DNA of 63,997 nucleotides, counting the filler, from Thermoplasmatota archaeon (GTDB taxonomy: Archaea > Thermoplasmatota > E2 > JACPAO01 > JAHFTW01): assembly GCA_041623215.1 (NCBI GenBank). It is 6 parts of 6 records of this genome, joined end to end, with 100 filler letters (N's around TTAATTAATTAA, not from the genome) between each part and the next. Parts side by side here need not be neighbours in the genome. Positions count along the whole stretch, not along the records: positions 24,019 to 35,497 come from JBFJXH010000054.1; 5 more parts are not named here. One strand, 5' to 3'. The notes under the pieces were generated by a model that worked only from the letters and a program-made list of their open reading frames with translations, was not told where the DNA came from and searched no databases. Positions 26,754-35,597 of this stretch are shown one piece after another. Numbering within the stretch: the first letter of the stretch is position 1; the number at the start of each line of letters is the position of its first letter. Both the position numbers and the translations under genes were made by a program.

Positions 26754-27101
26754 ATGGGACAAAGCACACCCACCACAACCATGGCCTTCGGGACCTTCGA
26801 GTCCCGTTACGCCGAATTCCGAGCCGAACTACACCCCCATGAACAACGCCACTTCGACCGCCTCATAGAAGCCGCTCGCCGCCACAGTAACGCCATCAAC
26901 CGGCGACCTCACCTCGACTTTGAACGCCCCGTCATCCTTGCCATGATGATGGAAGCCATGGTCGAATTGGAGGCAACACGCAACGACTTGCAGCAAACCA
27001 AACGACAACTCGACGAAGCCTGCCGCGTCTTAGCCGGTGAAGGCCTCATGCGACGACGGCCCCGGGTCGGGCGCGGGCAGCTGCGGTTAGTGGCCAATTG
27101 A
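26754..27101 (+). CDS. Small alpha-helical PolB2-partner protein (arCOG07300-like)
   Basis: MGQSTPT...FRAELHPHEQRHFDRLIEAARRHSNA...VILAMMME resembles the family pattern MGRTxPT...FRRALR..D...FD.L...AR.H..A; GGAGG SD. Confidence 0.75.
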   Translation: MGQSTPTTTMAFGTFESRYAEFRAELHPHEQRHFDRLIEAARRHSNAINRRPHLDFERPVILAMMMEAMVELEATRNDLQQTKRQLDEACRVLAGEGLMRRRPRVGRGQLRLVAN

Positions 27102-27175
27102 GGGCCGGGGCAACAGCCCTTTTGCCCCTTGCCGCCGCGCCACTGCTCCCATAAGGCTCACGGCGCACTCACCCT

Positions 27176-27925
27176 GTGGATACCTTAGCCATCGGCATCG
27201 CCGCCGATTTGGCCACCGCCGCCTTGTCCATTTACGTCGCCTTTCGCGTCCGCCAGGCCCAGCGCTGGGGGCTGGAGGGTTGGTGGTCCCAGTGGTTTTG
27301 GTATGGCTTAGCCAGTTTCTTGGTCCTAGACGGCGGCTACGCCCTATGGGTCACCATGGCCGAGCCAGGCGCACCTATTCCCATCTTTGTTCTGCTGTTG
27401 CGACGCCTCCTTTTCGTCATGGGCGTGGCCGGCCTCGTCATCTTTCTCGCCGATTGCTGCAACGGGCATCAGGCACGTGGTCGGATCATCGCCTGGTACG
27501 TCGCTTTGGCAACCGTCGTCGAAGCCACCACACTTTACCAGAATCCCATTGGCCATCAGCAGCTTCCGTGGTCCATTCAATTTGTCCATGCACGGCCGAC
27601 GCCACCGTTGTTTAACTTGGCAACCGCGCTTGCACTCTTTGGCCCTCTTGTCTGGACCTCAACGGCGGGCCTCATGCGTTACAAGCAACAGCCAGGCCGC
27701 GAGCAACGCTTCCGCCTCGTCATTCTCCACGCCAGCATCATCAGCTTCTGCGTCGGCATCACTCTTGGATTCTGGGACAACGACTGGTACTGGTATGGCC
27801 TATTCGAAAACCGCCTCGTGGTCACCATTGTCGCGGGCATGCTGTTTGCCCTACGCCCACCATGGCTCGTCCGGCGCATTTGGGGCATCCAAAAAGTTCG
27901 CCGCGTCGAGCAGTGGATTGTCTAG
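27176..27925 (+). CDS. Multi-pass membrane protein (about 7 TM), unknown function
   Basis: About seven hydrophobic helices; CATAAG box upstream. Confidence 0.7.
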   Translation: MDTLAIGIAADLATAALSIYVAFRVRQAQRWGLEGWWSQWFWYGLASFLVLDGGYALWVTMAEPGAPIPIFVLLLRRLLFVMGVAGLVIFLADCCNGHQARGRIIAWYVALATVVEATTLYQNPIGHQQLPWSIQFVHARPTPPLFNLATALALFGPLVWTSTAGLMRYKQQPGREQRFRLVILHASIISFCVGITLGFWDNDWYWYGLFENRLVVTIVAGMLFALRPPWLVRRIWGIQKVRRVEQWIV

Positions 27926-27941
27926 ATGGCTGCGTCATTAG

Positions 27942-29303
27942 CTAGCCCACAAGGGTCAGAACCACGAGCGTGAACCACGCCAGGATTCCTACGATTGCTA
28001 ACGCATTCAATCTCCGTGTGCGAGTGGCGGCCCTCGCCGCACCGGCCGCCACCAAACCCAAGGCACCCACCAAGACGGCGCGGTGGACAATGGACTGCAA
28101 CGGCAGGCCAACCACGCCCAGAAATCCATAATCCAGTAAACTGGCAATGGCAAGCGCCATTGAGGCAACCACGGCTGCGTCGAGGCGGTGTTCAATGCGC
28201 GTCGAAAAACCATAGGCTGCGGCGGGTAAGCCAACAATCAGGATGGGGTAGCCGATGGCTGCAATCGCCCGCATCGGCAAAGCCGTGGCTTGACCTTCCA
28301 GAAGAATGCCCATCCAACGGACGCCGAGCACGATGGCGACAATGCTCGCAGCGAGAGCCAAGTGTCCGCCCGTCAACCTTTGTCGTAACTGCCGTAGAAC
28401 CTCCTGATCCTCAGGCGTCAAGTGGCGCCGCCAAAACGCGTCGCGGCCCGTCGATCGCTCTGCCCGTGCCACGTGCCCTGCAGCGACGGCGGCAACTAGC
28501 AGAATCGAGGACAGGGCGACCGTGCTTCCTGTCTCCTCGCCCGTGCCCTCGCGATTGGCCGACGTGGCATTGTCATTCAGTTCAACGACCGTTGCCCAGC
28601 CATCCGAATCGGACGGCCCGCCATTGTCAAGAAACAGGCGCCACACGCGGCTAATCGCGGGGTTAGCCATGAGCCCCGCCTCGACCTCCTCTTGAGCGCC
28701 AGCAACGCCTTCCACTTGGTGCCGCAGGGTGAACCAATCAAAGTGCTCAGCGTGCGCTTGCATCACCACCCATTCGCCGTCCACCGGAGACTCGTACAAG
28801 CGCACATGCACCCGGTGACCAAAGTAGGTGCCATCGTGCACATGCGCATCCTGCTTGACCCAGCGACCTTGCTGACCGTCGTGCAGGTACGCAAGTCGGT
28901 CGGCACCCACGGTTTCGCGCCACAACGTGCGGGGCCGTTCGGCGATTGGTTCGACGGAGGCGTTTTCCTCGGGGTTTCGCAAGCCGTACGTCCCACCGTG
29001 CGCGTCCACCGCATCAGGGCGAACATCCGTCCACCCGGTGCCACGCAGGATGCCCAACGCCTCCTCGAGGTCTGTGCCGAGCATGACGACATTGATTGGG
29101 CTTCGGGGCTCAAACGCTTCACGTGGGCTAAGGTAGGGCCAGAAGCGCCCCGCCGCGCCATCCAATTCGACCATCGCAGGCTCTGCTATGGCACCCCCGC
29201 CCGGCCCGCCACCCACAAACGGGGTTCCAATCCAGGATGCCAAGGCGAAAAACAGCAAGGCAACAAACCCTGCCCACAAGGCAATTGCCAGCGGGCGTTT
29301 CAC
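27942..29303 (-). CDS. Membrane protein with extracellular domain and C-terminal TM bundle
   Basis: N-terminal TM; soluble domain containing SPINVV and RVHVRLYE; about 5 C-terminal TMs. Confidence 0.7.
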   Translation of the reverse strand: MKRPLAIALWAGFVALLFFALASWIGTPFVGGGPGGGAIAEPAMVELDGAAGRFWPYLSPREAFEPRSPINVVMLGTDLEEALGILRGTGWTDVRPDAVDAHGGTYGLRNPEENASVEPIAERPRTLWRETVGADRLAYLHDGQQGRWVKQDAHVHDGTYFGHRVHVRLYESPVDGEWVVMQAHAEHFDWFTLRHQVEGVAGAQEEVEAGLMANPAISRVWRLFLDNGGPSDSDGWATVVELNDNATSANREGTGEETGSTVALSSILLVAAVAAGHVARAERSTGRDAFWRRHLTPEDQEVLRQLRQRLTGGHLALAASIVAIVLGVRWMGILLEGQATALPMRAIAAIGYPILIVGLPAAAYGFSTRIEHRLDAAVVASMALAIASLLDYGFLGVVGLPLQSIVHRAVLVGALGLVAAGAARAATRTRRLNALAIVGILAWFTLVVLTLVG

Positions 29304-29405
29304 CAGCAGGGAGTCGTGGCGGCAGGTATGGACCTTTGGACCGACCAGCTTGCCGGCCACAACCTGCAGGCGTTAGGCTCCCTCGCCACTGCCACTGTTA
29401 TGTGG

Positions 29406-29921
29406 TCAACCTAATGAATCCAGCATGGCGACCAAATCATCAGCCATGTTGGGTTTTGGCGGGTGGCTACGAAGCATGTTGGCGGTCGCCTCGGCATCAA
29501 CGAGCCGGAAGACCGCTGATCGACCTTGCTCTTCACGCTCTACGACGCCAGCGTTCGTCAGGCGACGGACATGGTAACTGACGCTGCTTGGCGCGATGCC
29601 GACTTGTTTTGCAAGTTCTGGATTGGTAGCGGCGCCATCCAATAGGGCCAGCACAATCCGCAAGGGTGCGGGGCGGCGCAGAATGACGAGGACACGTTGG
29701 TCGCGCCGATCTACGACTGCCTCGCCTTCCGACGGGAAGCACGCCTTGTCCCTGCGGTGGACGAGACCCGCGCGCTCGAGTTGATGCACGTGGTATTCCG
29801 CGTGGCTGTACGCGATGCCTAGGTGGCTGGCCACGTCCGCGACTGGAGTGCCAGGGTAGCGCTGGATGAAGCGCCACACCTGGTCGCGCTTAGCGGAGGG
29901 CTCCGATGTAGAGACTGGCAA
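29406..29921 (-). CDS. Double winged-HTH transcriptional regulator
   Basis: RDQVWRFIQRYPG...AEYHVHQLERAGLV and TNPELAKQVGIAPSSVSYHVRRL...GVV; TTG start with GGAGG SD lying inside the upstream gene. Confidence 0.82.
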   Translation of the reverse strand: MPVSTSEPSAKRDQVWRFIQRYPGTPVADVASHLGIAYSHAEYHVHQLERAGLVHRRDKACFPSEGEAVVDRRDQRVLVILRRPAPLRIVLALLDGAATNPELAKQVGIAPSSVSYHVRRLTNAGVVEREEQGRSAVFRLVDAEATANMLRSHPPKPNMADDLVAMLDSLG

Positions 29922-30144
29922 GTGCCGCCGCCTCCATTCCGGCAATCCAAGCCCACACGGTGCCAAGGGGCGTCGTCCACGCTTGAACGACGACCACGCC
30001 AGCCAGCGCCAGCAGCGACGCCATGGATGCGGACATCCATGCCGCACGCCGGTCCCTGTGGGCAAACCAAGCCTTTGCGGCTAGTGCCGTTAGGGCGAGG
30101 GCGAGGATGGCGTTGGCTCCTGCTAGGGCAGCAATCCATTCCAT
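29890..30144 (-). CDS. Small 3-TM membrane protein
   Basis: 84 aa, three hydrophobic segments; lies between the surface protein and the HTH gene. Confidence 0.7.
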   Translation of the reverse strand: MEWIAALAGANAILALALTALAAKAWFAHRDRRAAWMSASMASLLALAGVVVVQAWTTPLGTVWAWIAGMEAAALASLYIGALR

Positions 30145-30168
30145 GCGACACCATTTGCTTCGAGGTGC

Positions 30169-31479
30169 TTAGGACCTCCGCATGACGCGAGAGCCAGCCA
30201 CGAAGGCCGTTGCCACGACAGCGCCAATGGCCAAGGCCAACACCGGGGGCTGGTGGAGAACCTCGAAGGCGCTGCCTTGCAATCGAATCTCGTGCACGCT
30301 GAAATGCGGCACTTGCACGAGTACCTGCGTCGAGTTTTTCCCGACTAAGATGAGGTACTCAGCCACGCCGTCGGTGACGTTCAGGACGTCCGCGAGGTCG
30401 TCAGCGGGTTCAATGCGGTTGCCGTCGAACAGGACAACAAGGTCCTCGATGGGGCCAATCGCCTTGTGTTCGAGGTCGAACAAGAGTGTACGTCCCTCGC
30501 CGTGGCCCTCAATGGTCACGATGACCTCGCCGGCCGATTTCTCAGTGGTCAGGTTGTAGGCGCCAAGCGGCGTGGCATCGGCACCGCCGTTAATCTTGAC
30601 CTCAGCCGCAATTTGGCCCGTGGCAATGGCATCGTCGATTTCTTGGGCGCGGCCTTGGGGCACAACGAGACGGAATTCTTCACCGTAGAGGGTGCCATTT
30701 TCCACGTACAGTTCGTCGCCGTTGACGTAGGCGGTAAAGCCGTCACCGGAGAGCAAGAACCGCGTGTTGCCGTGGCCACTCTTGCTACCTGTATCGGTGA
30801 AAGACAATCCTGGGCCAGGTACGGCGCGCGTGTCCTCGGATTCAAAGCGCAGGTTGCCTGCGGCGGAATCCACAATCCTGGCTTCTTGGTCGTCAGCTTC
30901 CAGTTCGTGACTGGCACCGTGCCACTCGTACTCATCCCAGGCTTCCGGCCCGGTGACCTCCGAGAATACGACACGACCATTCACGGTGTAATTGGCGAGG
31001 CCAAACGTGGTGACTTGTGTGGTCACATGGCGCCCGGAGATGCTGGTTGGCGGTGCACCTTCGAACTCCTCGTCCGAGTCATCATCGGAATCATCACGAC
31101 CATCATCGGAATCATCACGGTCGGCGTCAGCGTCATCACGGCCATCTTCATCCTCGTCTCCGGCCCGGCATTCTTCGCGGTCGGCTTCGGCATCAGCCAC
31201 ATCATCGTCGTACCGCGCGTTCGCTTCCGCGATGGCCTCAGTGTAGTCTTCTTCCGCTTTTGCCCGGTCCTCGGCATCCGAGTCAGGGTCTTCGTAGGTC
31301 TCGTTCCGGTCCGCCTCAGCATCGGCGGTTGCGGTATCTCGGCGCTCATTCGCCTCTTGTAAGGCAGCGTCGTATTCCGCGTCGCAAGTCGCTTCGGGGC
31401 TGCCAGAGTCCTGGGCAAGAGCCAGTGGCGAAAGCAGCAGCATTCCGGCAAGAATCAAGGTGGGGGCTTTCCAAGCCAT
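30169..31479 (-). CDS. Secreted, C-terminally anchored acidic surface protein
   Basis: Signal peptide; Asp/Glu-rich N-terminal region; VQVPHFSVHEI; C-terminal TM; TATATA box about 29 nt upstream. Confidence 0.8.
   Translation of the reverse strand: MAWKAPTLILAGMLLLSPLALAQDSGSPEATCDAEYDAALQEANERRDTATADAEADRNETYEDPDSDAEDRAKAEEDYTEAIAEANARYDDDVADAEADREECRAGDEDEDGRDDADADRDDSDDGRDDSDDDSDEEFEGAPPTSISGRHVTTQVTTFGLANYTVNGRVVFSEVTGPEAWDEYEWHGASHELEADDQEARIVDSAAGNLRFESEDTRAVPGPGLSFTDTGSKSGHGNTRFLLSGDGFTAYVNGDELYVENGTLYGEEFRLVVPQGRAQEIDDAIATGQIAAEVKINGGADATPLGAYNLTTEKSAGEVIVTIEGHGEGRTLLFDLEHKAIGPIEDLVVLFDGNRIEPADDLADVLNVTDGVAEYLILVGKNSTQVLVQVPHFSVHEIRLQGSAFEVLHQPPVLALAIGAVVATAFVAGSRVMRRS
31080..31140. 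repeat. 21-nt period coding tandem repeat (RDDSDD units)
   Basis: CATCATCGGAATCATCACG at 31080-31098 and 31101-31119, plus a degenerate third copy. Confidence 0.8.
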
Positions 31480-31656
31480 GACGGTTGCTTGGCCACCGCG
31501 GTATATAGGCGACCTTTGGTTTTTTTCGAATGGTCAGCGTCCGAGCCAAGGGGGCCAAGGCTGCCAGGGCGCTGCCCGGCCTAGCACATGCGGGCTGGCT
31601 CGCCGCCGGCAGACGCGACGGAGGGGTTTATCTTCGCCACTAGCCGGTGGCACGCC

Positions 31657-32061
31657 GTGCAATTCGAGATGACACAACCCACACAAGATGCGCAGGCGAC
31701 GTGGAATCGCTTGGCAGATTTTGGCAATATCGCGGATTGGAATTCGGGCATCATTTCCAGCCGCATCATTTCAGCCACCACCGGGCAGGTCGGGATGGAG
31801 CGCCAATGCGACCTGAAGGGGAATGCGTTCGTCCGCGAGGAAGTCACCGAATGGGACCCTGAACGACGGCGTCTGGGCCTGAAATTCACGCACTTTCCAC
31901 TCCCGGTACGCATTCGTGCCACGTTCACGGTTGCGGACAGCCACGTTCACATGGCGTACTGGTTTCAAGGCCGAGGCCTGCTCCGTCCGGCTGGACCCCT
32001 GCTCAAACCAATCTTCAAGCGCGCTGTGCGAGGCCTCCTGAAGGATCTCGTCAGCCACTAG
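31657..32061 (+). CDS. SRPBCC/polyketide-cyclase family protein
   Basis: ATWNRLADFGNIADWN, GVGMERQC-like GQVGMERQC, REEVTEWDP. Confidence 0.8.
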   Translation: MQFEMTQPTQDAQATWNRLADFGNIADWNSGIISSRIISATTGQVGMERQCDLKGNAFVREEVTEWDPERRRLGLKFTHFPLPVRIRATFTVADSHVHMAYWFQGRGLLRPAGPLLKPIFKRAVRGLLKDLVSH

Positions 32062-32153
32062 ACCGTTGCCAGGCGCCGCCACCCAGGCCTACGCATGGCG
32101 CAACGAGGCACTTGGAGTGGCGGCGAAGCGGACCGGAGGGGCCCCGTAGGTTG

Positions 32154-32365
32154 CTACGTGGCGGAGCCTTGGCAAACGGGTTTGGCCATGAAAACTCGTA
32201 CCTCGTCGCGCCCAGTTTCATGCCAACCCAGGTGCTCGTAGGCAGCCTGATTTTCCGTGAACAAAACGTGCGTCGCCAACCGCAGCGTTGTGAAGCCACG
32301 GCGTGCCGCTTCCGCCTCGGCAAAGTCCAGCAGTCGCCCACCGAGGCCCGCCCCCTGCCTCCGGT
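32154..32365 (-). pseudogene. GNAT acetyltransferase C-terminal remnant
   Basis: A frame with no start codon reads GLGGRLLDFAEAEAARRGFTTLRLATHVLFTENQAAYEHLGWHETGRDEVRVFMAKPV (GNAT motifs A/B); in-frame TAG upstream. Confidence 0.75.
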
Positions 32366-32638
32366 GGTTCCATGCAACCGGCTGGCAGGAGAAGCAGACC
32401 TGCTAGGCACAGGAATCGCTTGGACCCGGTCCCATCAAAGAGCCGAACCATCGGCCGAGAAAGGCGAGTCCACTTCTTCGCACCTGTGGGGCTCTGGCCC
32501 CGCACGCCCCGGCCCCGGGCGTGCGTGGAAGCGAGTCGGCAGAGCCCGGCGAGGCGCGTGGCAGGCTGGCCAGCGCGCGGTCAGGTTGAGTGACCGGTCA
32601 TGTGGCGGCCTTTCGCTCACGGCCCTCGTGTCCTCTGC

Positions 32639-32941
32639 CTACTCTTGCACGCTTCCGACGAGCATCTTGACGCCACCAGTGGCAAAGTTTGCTAGGTCAG
32701 CAACCGCCGCCTCGCCAGCGGGTGAGCCGAGCGTCGCAGCCATGTGGGACTGATCGTTGAAGTACATCTCAGCCATGCGATGAAACTCGGGCTTGCTGCC
32801 GTCTGGCCCGGGGCCAAACTTGGTGAGTTCGATGCGCGCAACGTCCATCTTGCCGGCAATCGGCATGTGGGTTTCAGCGTAGTATGCCTCGAAGGCAGCT
32901 TCATCTTCTGGGTGGTTGTAGAGCACAGTTACTTTTTGCAT
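32639..32941 (-). CDS. EthD family protein
   Basis: KVTVLYNHPED..AFEAYY.ETHMP, AEMYF, SPAGEAAVADLANF; GAGG SD. Confidence 0.9.
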   Translation of the reverse strand: MQKVTVLYNHPEDEAAFEAYYAETHMPIAGKMDVARIELTKFGPGPDGSKPEFHRMAEMYFNDQSHMAATLGSPAGEAAVADLANFATGGVKMLVGSVQE

Positions 32942-33160
32942 GTCGATTCCTCGTTGGCGATGGCCGGCGCAACCAAAGCGCCCCAGCAATCAGACGACAT
33001 AGGACGCGACAGTACTTAGCCGAGTGAAAGCGGTTAACCACTTGCCGGCGGCGTTGGCAGATTGTTGACACCGACAAATTCGTGGCGACCCGTGGCCCGA
33101 CCACACCTAGATCGCCGCACCCCCCTGCGCGTTGGCTGATTGGGTCCCGTGCCCCAGGGC

Positions 33161-33472
33161 CTAGGCCACGGCTAGCGCGCCAAGCAGAGCATTGACAAAA
33201 GGCATCATGCCCGCCGGCCCAGAAGATCGATCCTTCATGTGGACCGTCGTGTCGTTGCTCGTCTGAAAGATGAATTCGACAATCCGGCAACGCAAGTCCA
33301 AGTCAATGCCCGCGCCCATAACGACATGGTCAATCGGATGCTCCTTCATCACGTCTTGCACATCCTGAAGGCTTGTGCCCAAGTGAAGAGAGATGTCGGG
33401 CACCGTAATTTGGCGCTCTACCTCATCCAACACGAATCCCTTCCGGCCAAGCAACAAGACATTCACAGCCAT
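33161..33472 (-). CDS. Small alpha/beta hypothetical protein
   Basis: VLLLGRK...IDHVVMGAGIDLDLR...TTVHMKDRSSGPAGMMPFV; globular composition. Confidence 0.7.
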   Translation of the reverse strand: MAVNVLLLGRKGFVLDEVERQITVPDISLHLGTSLQDVQDVMKEHPIDHVVMGAGIDLDLRCRIVEFIFQTSNDTTVHMKDRSSGPAGMMPFVNALLGALAVA

Positions 33473-33629
33473 GCTGACAACACTGCCGCATGCCCAAAAA
33501 TAGGCATGCACCGGTGTTAGTTTCCATGGCGTGAACCGGTCGGTTCGTCAGCCTTGTTGGACATTTTCCAGCTCGCTTCGTGTAGACGCATGTCGGCCTA
33601 GGTGCTTGCCTTGAGGCTGCTCTTGGTAG

Positions 33630-34910
33630 CTAGCCAAGGGCGCCGATGACCAATTGTCGCTGCCCCGTGTCTCCGACGGCCCAGGCGGCAATGGCCCCAT
33701 CTTGCCACGGCGCAAGGCCGTGGTAGTGGCCCATACCGGTCGTACCGGCATTGTGGGTCGAAATGCTCGGCCCATCAACCACGCGGGCATTGTAGTCGTC
33801 GTCACTTACAGCGTAGACGAATTCCCACTCATCCGTCAGGCGGTAGGCCGTGACGATGATGCGCCCGTTGTTTTCGATCGCATTCGGCCCGGTCGTGCCT
33901 TGACTCGTCAGCGCCCGAAGATGTAGTGGCGGCTTGGACTGATCGGCGAAATACAACACCGGCACTTCATTCAAGCCGTCATACGCTACGGCCACGGTCG
34001 CGGGTCCGAACGGCTTCGGCCATGTGAATGGTGCCTTCCCTGTGGAAACCAATCCCACGGATGTCTGGATGCAAACATCATGGATTTCGGTCACACGAAT
34101 GTTATTCCAACCGACGCCCGCCCACGTCCATGCCCCATCCCAGTAGCCCCTGGCCATCGAGAGAAATTCACATTCGCCAATTTTGAGTACATCCACTAGA
34201 TTTCGACGGCTGAAACCGTCCTGCAACGATGCCCAGGACCATCCATTTTCCTCGCCGGTGCGTGAATGCCGCCACGTCAAGGCGGGGCCATTCGGACCCG
34301 CCGTCAAATGGGCGAAATCGGGGATGCTGTTGCCCTCCAAATCGCATCCCCCCGTGACTACTCGTGGCTCGCTGAAGTTGGTCCCATCAAAGGTAAACCA
34401 TGCCAACACCCGATCGCCAGTGCTCGAATCCACTCCTGCGATAGTCGTGATGACGGCCCGCCCATCGTGGACGGTCACGCTGGGATCAAAGAATTCTCGG
34501 CAACCGGCAAAGGCCGGATATTCGTTGAATCGATCGAGTGGAAAGGGCTCATGAACGGTCCAGTTCGCGCCGTTCGACGTCACTACGTGCAGCGTCCGCA
34601 ATCCATTCTTGAAGGGTGTATGCACAGCGATAACCCGTTCCCCATCCACCGCAATGGCCGGCTCAAAAGCGTCAGCCGAATCGACGACTTGCGGACATTC
34701 CGAACAAGGTGGAGTCCATGCAGACCACGTGGCTGGCTTCACCGGCGGGCGGTCGTCCATCTCCGGTTCTGACTCGGTCGCGCAGCCCGAAAGCGCAGGC
34801 ACAAGCACCGCGAGCACCAGCCAAAGCCAGCGCAACTTACTCGACCCGCTTACTTGCTGGTCCCGCTGCAGCCCTGCCCAGGTTTCGGCCTCCCGCTTTG
34901 CAGTTTTCAC
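33630..34910 (-). CDS. Propeller-like lipoprotein
   Basis: WLWLVLAVLVPALSGC lipobox; EPAIAVDG, SNGANW, FDPSV, MGHYHGL. Start uncertain (34910 or 34835). Confidence 0.68.
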   Translation of the reverse strand: MKTAKREAETWAGLQRDQQVSGSSKLRWLWLVLAVLVPALSGCATESEPEMDDRPPVKPATWSAWTPPCSECPQVVDSADAFEPAIAVDGERVIAVHTPFKNGLRTLHVVTSNGANWTVHEPFPLDRFNEYPAFAGCREFFDPSVTVHDGRAVITTIAGVDSSTGDRVLAWFTFDGTNFSEPRVVTGGCDLEGNSIPDFAHLTAGPNGPALTWRHSRTGEENGWSWASLQDGFSRRNLVDVLKIGECEFLSMARGYWDGAWTWAGVGWNNIRVTEIHDVCIQTSVGLVSTGKAPFTWPKPFGPATVAVAYDGLNEVPVLYFADQSKPPLHLRALTSQGTTGPNAIENNGRIIVTAYRLTDEWEFVYAVSDDDYNARVVDGPSISTHNAGTTGMGHYHGLAPWQDGAIAAWAVGDTGQRQLVIGALG

Positions 34911-35038
34911 GATGCGGGCGAACACGATGACAGCATTAGCGTTCCGGGGCAACCCACGATGCCAAGGCAGGGAAGGGTCGAGGCGACGGGCGAACAGGAA
35001 GCGGCTTGAGTGATTTGTTAGGCGGTTGCGCGCTCCGT

Positions 35039-35497
35039 TCACGTTGACCTGTAGCGCCGGGCAGCCAACAGGATTGCCAGGGCGGCAGATAGGGCGAAGC
35101 CAGGGGTGGTCTTGCCCGCCGGCTCGGCCTGCTCAGTGATCTGAACCGAAGTGCAGCCCCTCCATGTCTCCACGATTTGCTGGACATGCGTATGCCATGG
35201 CCAGAAGATTGGATCCCGCAGGGTCAATCCCGCGTCCGCCATGTCGCCTCCGATAGCTAAGTGGACGTCAGCGTGGTACCAACTGCCTTCAATTGTTTTG
35301 CCGAGCCGATTGAGATCGGGAATTTCACACAGCGCCGTATAACTCCAGAATGGTGACGTATCGTTGCCGCCGGCAATCGTCAGGTAGCTCGGAATCGCAA
35401 TCCCTGGGGCTTCTGACGTTCGAGCTTTACAGGGCATCTCCACTGGGTACGCGTAGGCAGAAGGAATGGGAGTGATCGGATCCCAGGCAACGATTTC
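35039..35497 (-). CDS. Tyrosinase/di-copper-centre protein, C-terminal part, with PGF-CTERM-like tail (5' truncated)
   Basis: CuB motif HADVH...GGDM...DPIFWPWH; WDP upstream; ends TPGF + hydrophobic helix + RRYR. Confidence 0.8.
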   Translation of the reverse strand, partial: EIVAWDPITPIPSAYAYPVEMPCKARTSEAPGIAIPSYLTIAGGNDTSPFWSYTALCEIPDLNRLGKTIEGSWYHADVHLAIGGDMADAGLTLRDPIFWPWHTHVQQIVETWRGCTSVQITEQAEPAGKTTPGFALSAALAILLAARRYRST

Positions 35498-35597
35498 NNN
35501 NNNNNNNNNNNNNNNNNNNNNNNNNNNNNNNNNNNNNNNNNTTAATTAATTAANNNNNNNNNNNNNNNNNNNNNNNNNNNNNNNNNNNNNNNNNNNN
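35498..35597. other. Artificial contig linker
   Basis: N run + TTAATTAATTAA + N run. Confidence 0.99.

Noticed and set aside
31080..31140. Short direct repeats as a possible CRISPR or mobile-element end
   Set aside because: In-frame 21-nt coding repeats without spacers; no cas or transposase genes in the window.
32112..32753. 213-aa + strand ORF
   Set aside because: Low-complexity Arg/Pro/Gly translation overlapping the minus-strand EthD gene and GNAT remnant, which explain the region better.
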